Below are positions 1 through 9,145 of a stretch of 64,000 nt of DNA, piece after piece. The translations under genes and the position numbers were made by a program. Each line of letters starts with the position of its first letter. Positions within the stretch are counted from its first letter, which is position 1. The stretch covers positions 1,615 through 65,614 of the forward strand of contig CAKZKR010000043.1 in assembly GCA_937124615.1 (NCBI GenBank), in the 5' to 3' direction. Origin of the DNA: an uncultured bacterium (GTDB taxonomy: Bacteria; Hydrogenedentota; Hydrogenedentia; Hydrogenedentales; Hydrogenedentaceae). Below the pieces are notes generated by a model. The model ran no database searches and was not told the origin of the DNA. It worked only from the letters and a program-made list of their open reading frames with translations.

Positions 1-215
1 GAAACCCAATCTGATGCTTGTGAAAACACGGATACACTCATAATAAGAATAAAAATACCCATACCCTTCTTCCTTTCTATAAATTTAAATGTGTTCTAAA
101 ATACATTCGCAATTGAGGTATTATTATCACTCAATTCCACAAAATAAAACAACTCTCACTTCTTCCTTCTTTCAAACTACCCCATTTAATTTAATAGAGC
201 ATATTTTATCTAATT

Positions 216-455
216 TTACATTCGTATTCTGCTTACATTCTTTGCAAGCAATCCCTTCGGGCCCTGTACCAGTTCGAAACTTATTTTCTCACCTTCGCGA
301 AGAGTACGAAAACCTCTCATACGGATTTCGGTGTGATGGACGAATATATCCTCGCCCAATTCGTTAACAATAAAACCATAACCTTTGCGGTCATTAAACC
401 ATTTTACTTTTCCGATATATCGGATTCCAGATGGGGTAGATACGGCCTGGTCCAC
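216..455 (-). CDS. Cold-shock protein (CspA family, S1-like cold-shock domain)
   Basis: The 79 aa product contains GKVKWFNDRKGYGFI and VHHTEI, the RNP1 and RNP2 motifs of CspA-type proteins. A long AT-rich 5' leader (456-693) is typical of csp genes. Confidence 0.9.
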   Translation of the reverse strand: MDQAVSTPSGIRYIGKVKWFNDRKGYGFIVNELGEDIFVHHTEIRMRGFRTLREGEKISFELVQGPKGLLAKNVSRIRM

Positions 456-741
456 TGCTATAATCCTTCTATCTAGTTGATTTTTTTGACCTTATAAATT
501 TATCTATTCACAATACTTCAAAGAGAAGTTTTCTGCTAATATTTTACATTATTAATACATATATTTCAAGCATATTATTATAATAATATAAAAATTATGT
601 AATCTGTTCTTTTATAACAAATTCAAATTTTTTTATTTACTACATAAAAGAAGTAAAGAGTGGTATTTTTTCTTTTATATCTTTTATAATCATTTGTCAC
701 TATATTGTTTACTGCTTTTTTACAAACAGGAAGGAACTTTT

Positions 742-1713
742 ATGCGAGTTTTAGTTACAGGTGGAGCAGGATTTATCGGTTCACATTTATGTGAATACCT
801 AACTCAAAAAGGAGACGAGGTTATTGTTCTTGATGATTTGAGTACGGGAAAGTTTGAAAATATTGAACATATTCGTGGTGTAAAATGTATTATAGATTCT
901 ACACTAAACCAAGACATTGTTCGTGATTTGGTAAAAGATGTCGATACTGTTTTTCATTTAGCAGCAACCGTAGGTGTAAACTTAGTCATTAATCATCCTA
1001 TCCAGACTATTGTAAACAATATTCGCGGGACAGAAACTGTCCTGGAAGAGACTTGTCGTTATCGTCGTTCACTACTTATAACTTCAACAAGTGAGGTATA
1101 TGGCAAAAGTTTAAAGGAAGTTTTTGAAGAAGAGGATGACCAGATAATAGGACCTCCCCATCGACATCGCTGGTGTTATGCAGCATCAAAAGCAATTGAC
1201 GAATTCCTCACCCTTGCTTACTGGAAAGAGAAACGACACCCCGTATATATTGTTCGACTGTTTAATATTGTAGGACCGCGTCAAACAGGCCAATACGGGA
1301 TGGTATTGCCCAATTTTATTACACAAGCACTCAAGGGAGAACCGCTTCACGTGTATGGAGATGGTCAACAGACTCGCTCTTTTGCTTATGTAGGAGATGT
1401 AGTTCCCGCACTGGTCCAGATTATGGAACGACCGGATTTATGTGGCAAAATATTCAATTTAGGGAATGATAAAAGTGTTCGAATCATAGACCTCGCTAAT
1501 AAGGTAATCGAACTCACAAAGAGTTCCTCTACCATCCAGTTAATTCCTTATGAAGAGGCCTACCCTGAAGGCTATGAAGATATGCGACATCGTGTGCCTT
1601 GCTTGAAAAAAATAAGGCAGGCTATTGGATATACTCCTCATACGCCCCTTGAAACTATTATATTAAAGGTAACAGAGTATATTCAGAAAAAGCTGAATAG
1701 CCGGGAGATATAA
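742..1713 (+). CDS. NAD-dependent epimerase/dehydratase (short-chain dehydrogenase/reductase family, UDP-glucuronate decarboxylase-like)
   Basis: The start is placed at the internal Met (MRVLVTGGAGFIGSHL), which carries a Rossmann GxxGxxG motif. A catalytic YxxxK lies in YAASKAIDE. The track ORF begins earlier, at 694. Confidence 0.7.
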   Translation: MRVLVTGGAGFIGSHLCEYLTQKGDEVIVLDDLSTGKFENIEHIRGVKCIIDSTLNQDIVRDLVKDVDTVFHLAATVGVNLVINHPIQTIVNNIRGTETVLEETCRYRRSLLITSTSEVYGKSLKEVFEEEDDQIIGPPHRHRWCYAASKAIDEFLTLAYWKEKRHPVYIVRLFNIVGPRQTGQYGMVLPNFITQALKGEPLHVYGDGQQTRSFAYVGDVVPALVQIMERPDLCGKIFNLGNDKSVRIIDLANKVIELTKSSSTIQLIPYEEAYPEGYEDMRHRVPCLKKIRQAIGYTPHTPLETIILKVTEYIQKKLNSREI

Positions 1714-1845
1714 AGTTTGTATTATCCAAATTTCTATTGACCGTTTTATATAACGGTTTCAAAAAAAGAGTAAAGGTTTTAGATCCCCATATAGTCTTTT
1801 ATTTCAAAGAGTAAAATTTAATATCACCAGATAAAGTAGATAAAA

Positions 1846-3207
1846 ATGAAATATGTTTATATAAAAACATTCGGTTGCCAGATGAACGAACATGATAGTG
1901 CACGGATGGTTTCTATCCTTAAGCAATTCGGTTTCTCTTGCACAAATACGCCAGATGAAGCACATCTTATTTTAATCAACACCTGTTCTGTTCGGGAAAA
2001 CCCAGAAAATAAAGTATATAGTCTGTTAGGTACATTACGACCCATAAAAAAGAAAAGACCTGAGACAGTGATTGCGGTTTGTGGATGTGTTGCTCAACAG
2101 GAAGGGAACCACATTTTAGAACGGGAACCCGCAGTGGATATTGTAATAGGACCCGACCATTATTTTGAACTACCAGAACTTATTGGACGTGTTCAAAACG
2201 GCGAACGAATCTGTCTAACACAACGGACATATCCCAAACCCCCTGTATTTGATTTTATCCCGGATGAATGGCTTGAAAAGGGACATCGTGAAGGGGTAAA
2301 GGCCTATATCGCTATTAGCAAAGGTTGTAACAATGCCTGCAGTTTTTGCATTGTTCCACGCACACGAGGACGAGAAATATACCGCACCCCTGAAAATATC
2401 CAGAAAGAAGTGACGGCTGTCATTGCAGAGGGAATTCGAGAGATATGGTTATTAGGACAAAATGTAAATGCATATAAATTTCGGGATGATTATCGTTTTG
2501 TTCAACTCTTAAGTGATGTCTCCAATATAAAAGATGTGTGGCGAATCCGTTTTACTTCTCCTCATCCCCATGACTGGAACAAAGAGTTGACGGACTTGAT
2601 TGCAAATCGCAAGAATATTGCACGACATATCCACTTGCCTTTACAATCAGGTTCAAACCGAATTTTGAAACTTATGAGAAGAAGACATACTATTGAACAA
2701 TACATTGAGCATATTGAATACTTGCGTAGTAAAGTTCCGAAAATTGAAGTTAGCACGGATTTAATTGTTGGTTTTCCAACAGAAACGGATGAGGAATTTG
2801 AGGAAACACTGAAAGTTGTTGAACAGATAAAATTTAGTCAGATATATCCATTCAAGTATTCACCCCGTCCCGGCACTTATGCGGAGAAGTTAGGAGATAC
2901 GGTCCCGAGAAAAACGAAGGAAGAGCGTTTAGCACAAATAATTGAATTACAAGAAAAAATTAATCAATCATCCATGAAACAATTAATAGGTACAGAACAG
3001 GAGGTATTGATTGAGGAAAAACATCCACGAGATGATAACTTCTGGAATGGCAGAACCAATTCATATCGTTCTATAACAGTACTCGGAAAGGGTTTGCATA
3101 TTGGAGACCTGATATATGGACGCGTTACAGGTTTTCGTGGACACTGGTTAGAAGCAGAATATATCAGAACAATAAAAATTTCGCCCTTAAATAAATTATC
3201 ATATTAG
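1846..3207 (+). CDS. miaB: tRNA-2-methylthio-N6-dimethylallyladenosine synthase MiaB (radical SAM methylthiotransferase)
   Basis: The N-terminus MKYVYIKTFGCQMNEHDSARM is the MTTase N-terminal domain. The radical-SAM motif CNNACSFC is present and a TRAM domain follows at the C-terminus. Confidence 0.85.
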   Translation: MKYVYIKTFGCQMNEHDSARMVSILKQFGFSCTNTPDEAHLILINTCSVRENPENKVYSLLGTLRPIKKKRPETVIAVCGCVAQQEGNHILEREPAVDIVIGPDHYFELPELIGRVQNGERICLTQRTYPKPPVFDFIPDEWLEKGHREGVKAYIAISKGCNNACSFCIVPRTRGREIYRTPENIQKEVTAVIAEGIREIWLLGQNVNAYKFRDDYRFVQLLSDVSNIKDVWRIRFTSPHPHDWNKELTDLIANRKNIARHIHLPLQSGSNRILKLMRRRHTIEQYIEHIEYLRSKVPKIEVSTDLIVGFPTETDEEFEETLKVVEQIKFSQIYPFKYSPRPGTYAEKLGDTVPRKTKEERLAQIIELQEKINQSSMKQLIGTEQEVLIEEKHPRDDNFWNGRTNSYRSITVLGKGLHIGDLIYGRVTGFRGHWLEAEYIRTIKISPLNKLSY

Positions 3208-3220
3208 AAGGAATATCGCC

Positions 3221-4729
3221 ATGAATATTTCTGTCATTTATCCTCAATCGAAAATAGAATGGAACTGGAACTCGGCCCTATTAATACCCATCTATGAAAA
3301 CCACCTTCCCGTGGAATGTTCCTTACTTACGGAAGAACAGGAATTAGCGATACAGGCAATGATAGACCGCGATTTATTTCACGGTAAAGAAAATGAGATT
3401 TTATTTGTCCCTTTTATAAATGCGTCCTTTGCAGGAACCATTCTTGTGGGATTGGGTCCTCAAGACAAAATTGAGTTAGAAAAGGTCCGTAGAATTTCAG
3501 CAAAAGTTACCGAGTGTACTAAAACAAATAGAATCCAGATGTTAATTTGTGATTGGGAACAAATGCGAACAGAATACATAATTCCTTTTATTGAAGGGGT
3601 TATGTTGAGCCAATATGTTTTTGAACAATACAAAAATTCCGATACTATACACAAAGATAAACCTACACAATTAACTCATATTAAATTTATTGTGTCAAAG
3701 GATAAGGATATTTCTGACCTTCAAAATCAATCCAATCAAACTGTTATAATTTGTAATGCAGTTTCTATGGCTCGTTCATTGATTTGCTCTCCTGCAAATG
3801 AGTTAACACCTCAATCCTTCGCAGATATAGCACAAGATATTTGTCAGAAAATTCAAGTTAAAACTCAGATTTTAAATAAAGGTTTATTAGAAGAGAAAGG
3901 ATTAAACAGTATCCTCGCCGTAGGTAAAGGATCAAAAAGGGAGCCATTATTACTTATTCTTGAATACAACACCAAGTCTGCGATAGAAAAACCTGTGGCT
4001 CTTATTGGTAAAGGGGTAACTTTTGACACAGGAGGCATTTGCTTAAAACCGCGAGACGATATGCAGGATATGCGATATGACATGTCGGGTGCAGGTGTTG
4101 TTTTGGGTACCGTCTGTACCCTTGCTGAATTAAAAGCCGATGTGTCCGTGGTCGGAGTTATTCCATTAGTGGAAAATATGCCCGGTGGTTCAGCATTACT
4201 ACCGGGAGATATTATCAAAACATACAGCGGGAAAACTGTAGAGGTGCTTAATACGGATGCTGAAGGACGATTAATTTTAGCCGATGCTATCTCATATGTA
4301 CAGAAAAACTATTCTCCCTCACGAATTGTAGATATTGCAACCCTAACGGGAGGATGTATAATAGCATTGGGACATTTTTCAGCAGGGCTTATCTCTAACA
4401 ATGGTGATTTGTCTAATGAATTAATAAAAGCGGGTCAAGAGACAGGGGAACGACTCTGGAAACTTCCACTCTGGGAGGATTATGATAAACTTATACAATC
4501 TGACTTTGCAGATATTGCCAACATAGGTCCTAAATCAGAAGCCTCAACAATAGTAGGAGGTGTTTTTTTAAAACAATTTGTGGTGAATAATATTCCATGG
4601 GCCCATATTGATATTGCTGGAACAGCCTGGGGTGTAAAACATATCCCTTACTGGGATAGTAAGTATCCTACGGGTTTTGGCATTCGATTACTAACTCACT
4701 GGATATTAAGAAATTGTAAACAAATATAG
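3221..4729 (+). CDS. pepA: Leucyl aminopeptidase (peptidase M17)
   Basis: The M17 signature NTDAEGRL appears in VLNTDAEGRLILADA. The 502 aa length fits the family. Confidence 0.85.
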   Translation: MNISVIYPQSKIEWNWNSALLIPIYENHLPVECSLLTEEQELAIQAMIDRDLFHGKENEILFVPFINASFAGTILVGLGPQDKIELEKVRRISAKVTECTKTNRIQMLICDWEQMRTEYIIPFIEGVMLSQYVFEQYKNSDTIHKDKPTQLTHIKFIVSKDKDISDLQNQSNQTVIICNAVSMARSLICSPANELTPQSFADIAQDICQKIQVKTQILNKGLLEEKGLNSILAVGKGSKREPLLLILEYNTKSAIEKPVALIGKGVTFDTGGICLKPRDDMQDMRYDMSGAGVVLGTVCTLAELKADVSVVGVIPLVENMPGGSALLPGDIIKTYSGKTVEVLNTDAEGRLILADAISYVQKNYSPSRIVDIATLTGGCIIALGHFSAGLISNNGDLSNELIKAGQETGERLWKLPLWEDYDKLIQSDFADIANIGPKSEASTIVGGVFLKQFVVNNIPWAHIDIAGTAWGVKHIPYWDSKYPTGFGIRLLTHWILRNCKQI

Positions 4730-4746
4730 AAAAAAGGCAGAGATTT

Positions 4747-5193
4747 ATGAGAGTTCTACTTATCTCATCTGTTTGTATTCTTACTTTAATACTTATACTT
4801 CTGGGTATAAACCCCCAGCCAATATTTCAAAGAGAAGGGACAAATGATAACTTAGAGATAGTCCTTTTCAAAAAAGCGACCGGAAATATTTCAAAATTAA
4901 GGGCAATTATTGAGAATTGCGCAAAAGTTTCTTTAGAAGATACTGAAACTGTGGAGAATGAGGGGGAAACAATTTCAATAGAGCAGAAAATCCTAAAAGA
5001 ATTGGAATTGATAGTGGCTTACCAGAATAAAGTAATAGCAAAATACAAATACGACGAAACACAAAAAAAATCGATAAAACGCGAAGTATCATTAGCAGAT
5101 GTCCAAAAGGCATACAGGGAACTTGAATCGGCAGAACTATATCTTTCACGATTGCTTGAAACATACCCTCAGGGAACAGAATTACTAAAATAA
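4747..5193 (+). CDS. Hypothetical membrane-anchored or secreted protein with a coiled-coil region
   Basis: It has an N-terminal hydrophobic segment (LLISSVCILTLILILLG). There are no recognisable motifs. Confidence 0.4.
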   Translation: MRVLLISSVCILTLILILLGINPQPIFQREGTNDNLEIVLFKKATGNISKLRAIIENCAKVSLEDTETVENEGETISIEQKILKELELIVAYQNKVIAKYKYDETQKKSIKREVSLADVQKAYRELESAELYLSRLLETYPQGTELLK

Positions 5194-5218
5194 TTCATCA
5201 AAAAGTTGTCTTCTTTTT

Positions 5219-6529
5219 ATGAAACATGTGCATATACATACACTTGGTTGTCGATTAAATCAAGCAGAATCTGATGTAATCCTCCAGAAACTTTATGAGT
5301 TGGGCTATGAAATTGTTCCCAAAGATACCCCTGCGGACCTATGTGTTATACATACTTGTGCTGTAACTCATGAAGCAGAAGTAAAATGCAGGAAAGTTAT
5401 CCGTCAAACCATACGGCAAAATCCAGATGCTGAAATTGTTGTAATCGGTTGTTATGTCGAAAAAGATATAGAAGTACTAAAAAACATACCCGGAATAGAC
5501 CTTATCGTTGATAATAAACGCAAAATGGACTGGTTCTCTCACATAAAAAGCGAAAAGCAAAGTTCCCCTTCCCTTTTAACAGGAACCCAATGGAACTTTC
5601 CCTCATTAAATAATTGCCTTTGTGCAATGCCTGTTTCTATTCCGGGTTTTCACCGTGCAAACATCAAAATTCAGGAAGGCTGTAATAGTTATTGTTCTTA
5701 TTGTATCATCCCTTACCTCCGCGGTCCTTCCCGTTCACGAGATGTAAAAGAGATATTGCAAGAAATAGGTTGGCGGGTTGATGCGGGAGTAAAAGAAATT
5801 GTTCTAACAGGTATTAACATAGGAGATTACAGTTTTGAAGGTAAAAATTTAATAGACCTATTAGACATGATCAACAAACAATTTGGTAATCAAATACGAA
5901 TCCGATTAAGTTCCATTGAGATTAACTCGTTAAATAAAGAATTTCTTGTCCGAATGCAAGATAATCAATATCCCCTTGTCCCATACCTTCATATTCCCCT
6001 TCAATCGGGCTCGAATACAATATTAAAACAAATGAATCGCAAGTATACCCGAGAAGTTTATCAAGACTTCGCTATGCAAGCGATAACTACGGTGCCGGAT
6101 ATTGGGATTAGTACAGATATACTTGTTGGATTTCCCGGCGAAACAGATGCATTATTCAATGAAACAGTAGAATTTCTTGAACATCTCCCTATATTTTTCT
6201 TACATATTTTCCCATATTCACCACGGGAAGGGACTCCTGCTTATTCTTTTACGGAACAAATTCCAACTCTTGAAATTAACCGTCGAGTTGATTTATTAAT
6301 TAAATTAAGTAAAAAGAAAAGGAATTTATTTTACAGAAAATCGCTTAATACTATAAGAGAAGTATTGTTTGAAACAAAGGAAAAGGAATATTGGCAAGGA
6401 TATACGGATAACTATATTCGTGTCCTGACAAAAAGTTGTGAACCCTTAGAGAACAAACTATGCAATATACGATTGGACAATATTTCTATAGACCACATGA
6501 ATGGTACCGTTATAAATATACTCCGTTAA
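5219..6529 (+). CDS. MtaB-like radical SAM methylthiotransferase (tRNA t6A37 methylthiotransferase family)
   Basis: The N-terminal MTTase domain reads VHIHTLGCRLNQAESD. The radical-SAM motif CNSYCSYC is present and the C-terminus has a TRAM-like domain. This is a second MiaB-family paralog. Confidence 0.75.
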   Translation: MKHVHIHTLGCRLNQAESDVILQKLYELGYEIVPKDTPADLCVIHTCAVTHEAEVKCRKVIRQTIRQNPDAEIVVIGCYVEKDIEVLKNIPGIDLIVDNKRKMDWFSHIKSEKQSSPSLLTGTQWNFPSLNNCLCAMPVSIPGFHRANIKIQEGCNSYCSYCIIPYLRGPSRSRDVKEILQEIGWRVDAGVKEIVLTGINIGDYSFEGKNLIDLLDMINKQFGNQIRIRLSSIEINSLNKEFLVRMQDNQYPLVPYLHIPLQSGSNTILKQMNRKYTREVYQDFAMQAITTVPDIGISTDILVGFPGETDALFNETVEFLEHLPIFFLHIFPYSPREGTPAYSFTEQIPTLEINRRVDLLIKLSKKKRNLFYRKSLNTIREVLFETKEKEYWQGYTDNYIRVLTKSCEPLENKLCNIRLDNISIDHMNGTVINILR

Positions 6530-6547
6530 GACAAAAAAGGATACCTT

Positions 6548-7384
6548 ATGTCATCATTAAAAGAACAAGCACTTCAAAAGGAAGCCGAATTAAAGAAATA
6601 TTTGCAAAAATTTAAATCTATTGCAATAGCATACTCTGGTGGTGTGGATTCAACTTATCTTGCGTCTGTCACCCATGATGTTTTAGGGGAACGATGTGTT
6701 CTGCTTATTGCAGACACCCCCAGTTTTCCTCGTGAAGAATTAAAAGAAGCCCTCGAATTAGCAAAGCAACAAGAATGGAATGTTTCAATAATATATCCCA
6801 ATGAATTTCGAGATGAACGCTTTTTAAAAAATGACTCGCATCGCTGTTACTACTGTAAAAGTGAACTTTTTAAAACCATGATAGAATTTACAAAACAAAA
6901 CCGTATTGAAACATTTGCCTGTGGTGAAAATGCGGATGACTTGTTGGACACAACTCGAACAGGAAAATTAGCCATAAAAGAGTTTGGGGTCATCACTCCC
7001 CTGTCGGAAATAGGCATGTCTAAACAGGAAATTCGTATACTCAGTGAAATACGCCATTTACCTACTGCCGATAAACCCAGTTTTGCCTGTCTCTCTTCTC
7101 GAATACCTACAGGAACTCCGATTACTATAGAAGACCTGAAACGGATAGAAAACGCGGAGAAAATATTAAAATCTCTTGGGTTTAAACAGTATCGTGTGAG
7201 AAACCATAAGAATCTTGCTCGTATCGAGGTGGAAGTAGCAGACCTCACACGACTCATTTCCGAACCAGTTCGTTCTAAAGTATTGCAAGAGTTAAAAGAG
7301 TTAGGATATCGATTTGTTACTGTTGATATTGCAGGCTATCGAACAGGCAGTACCGCAGTATCGGACGGTGATATTACTAGATAG
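6548..7384 (+). CDS. PP-loop ATP pyrophosphatase of the LarE-like / TIGR00268 family
   Basis: A PP-loop SGGVDS is present (AIAYSGGVDSTYLA). Conserved Cys residues occur in CYYCK and FACLSSR. Confidence 0.6.
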   Translation: MSSLKEQALQKEAELKKYLQKFKSIAIAYSGGVDSTYLASVTHDVLGERCVLLIADTPSFPREELKEALELAKQQEWNVSIIYPNEFRDERFLKNDSHRCYYCKSELFKTMIEFTKQNRIETFACGENADDLLDTTRTGKLAIKEFGVITPLSEIGMSKQEIRILSEIRHLPTADKPSFACLSSRIPTGTPITIEDLKRIENAEKILKSLGFKQYRVRNHKNLARIEVEVADLTRLISEPVRSKVLQELKELGYRFVTVDIAGYRTGSTAVSDGDITR

Positions 7385-7385
7385 G

Positions 7386-9116
7386 TCATCGTATTGTATA
7401 TTTTTTCACTGTGGTATCTGAACTTCTGATAATCAACCGTTGATTTTCAGGTGAATACTGAAAATCTTTAACGGGTTCATTGTCTTTCATTATCTCTAAT
7501 GGTTGTTGAGGATATAAAATACGAAGAATATGGGGCTTTCGGACTCCTTCCATTTCAACAGTTAAAACCGGTTTCTCATGGACATTTACGGTCATCTCTC
7601 CTGAATAATCTGGGTAATAAACCTTAAAAGTCGAATTCCCACCTGGATAAATATTTAAGACCAAATATCCTTCCCAGTCCTTTTCTCCAATACCTGTATA
7701 GGAACGACTGATATACATAGGAATAATGGCACCTTCTTTTATAAAAACAGGATACTTATCTATATCATAAGAATCGGTCATTGTCTTTCCTCCCTCAATA
7801 ACCTGTGTATCATTAAACCACCATCTCCATTTCCCTTCTGGAAAAACAACTGTTCTTGCACTAATTTTTTGGTATATGGGAGCAACCAGTAAATAGTCAC
7901 CAAACATATATTGATATTTTCCCTCTTTCAAGGGGCGCATTAAAGGTTTCCCTCCCTCTGACCATTGAGCCACATAACTATACATATATGGCAATAACTC
8001 TGTATGTAGCCATGAATATCGACGGACAAGGTCCAACTCGATGTCCGACCTTTTCCACATTCTCCGTTCGCCATGTCCTCCATTGAGAAACAATCCACAG
8101 AAAGTGGAAAACTGTGTCCAACGAATATACAAATCCGCTGGAATAGGTTCGGCTCCATGATACCCTGCTATATCAGAGCCGACAACACAATAACCTAATC
8201 TCGCACTACGAAGAATACAATAAATGGCCCGTTCCAATCCCCGTTTTTCATAATCCCATTCATGCTTATTATCTCCTACCCAATTAACCGTAGAAGCATT
8301 CAACGGAGCGAAACCTTCAGGATGGGCCCATGGAGTAGGGGAATCTATCGAACGGGCTAATGTAACAAATTCAGGATGTATAGACCGGCCATATTTGAGT
8401 TCTTCACGATAATAATAATCCATATATTTACGAGGAGTCATTATCCCTTTATAACTACGAATATAAAACATAGGAAGAGGACCAAGAGATGTTCTCAATA
8501 AGGTTGCAGAATCGTCTAATTTCCACCCGTCCACACCTAAATCCAATACCTGATTTTGTAATGAACGCCACCACTGCATTGCTTGCGGATTGGTATAATC
8601 AATAAAACCTCCCCTACCTTTCCACCACTTAATCTGGACGCCATTGCCTACCAAAAAACCTTTGCTTTTGGCTTCCTGATAAAAGTGTTCCGCATCCTTA
8701 ATTGCGGTATCCGGATTCTCACTATTAATCATTGGAGTCATCCAGAGTACAACACGAATATTTCGGTCCTGAAAATATTTAAAGAATTCTTTTGGATTCG
8801 GAAACTGTTTTTCATCCACAGTAAAATCATTATAGCGAAGGGACCAGGGACTATCTATCAAAACCGTGCGGACAGGAAAATCATGCTCAACATAACCATT
8901 TATAAGTTCTAATGTAAAATCTGCGGTATTCTGGTCGTCTTCCCAAACCCAGCATTCCAGAACCCATGAAGGGATTTTCGTTCTTTCTATATATCGATAG
9001 TAATTAAGTGGATAAATACCCCAAAAGGGGAAAATAACCCATAACCAAATAAACAGTAAAAACACTACCAGAATAATACCGGCCCATTTCAGGATTTTCA
9101 GTAAAATCTTCAACAC
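7386..9116 (-). CDS. Membrane-anchored TIM-barrel glycoside hydrolase (GH31-like)
   Basis: It has an N-terminal transmembrane helix. The motif GVDGWKLDDSA resembles the GH31 nucleophile region (DG-W-x-D). The product is 576 aa. Confidence 0.45.
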   Translation of the reverse strand: MLKILLKILKWAGIILVVFLLFIWLWVIFPFWGIYPLNYYRYIERTKIPSWVLECWVWEDDQNTADFTLELINGYVEHDFPVRTVLIDSPWSLRYNDFTVDEKQFPNPKEFFKYFQDRNIRVVLWMTPMINSENPDTAIKDAEHFYQEAKSKGFLVGNGVQIKWWKGRGGFIDYTNPQAMQWWRSLQNQVLDLGVDGWKLDDSATLLRTSLGPLPMFYIRSYKGIMTPRKYMDYYYREELKYGRSIHPEFVTLARSIDSPTPWAHPEGFAPLNASTVNWVGDNKHEWDYEKRGLERAIYCILRSARLGYCVVGSDIAGYHGAEPIPADLYIRWTQFSTFCGLFLNGGHGERRMWKRSDIELDLVRRYSWLHTELLPYMYSYVAQWSEGGKPLMRPLKEGKYQYMFGDYLLVAPIYQKISARTVVFPEGKWRWWFNDTQVIEGGKTMTDSYDIDKYPVFIKEGAIIPMYISRSYTGIGEKDWEGYLVLNIYPGGNSTFKVYYPDYSGEMTVNVHEKPVLTVEMEGVRKPHILRILYPQQPLEIMKDNEPVKDFQYSPENQRLIIRSSDTTVKKYTIR

Positions 9117-9145
9117 TATTTAACCTTTCATAATGGGTAGGGTAA

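Noticed and set aside
89-367. 92 aa plus-strand ORF overlapping the cold-shock gene
   Set aside because: It is antisense to a strongly conserved CspA-family CDS. It has low-complexity composition and no SD. It is a spurious frame.
1739-1768. Weak hairpin after the first epimerase gene, as a possible terminator
   Set aside because: The stem is only 6-7 bp, AT-rich, and is followed by a 3-nt T-run. That is too weak to call.
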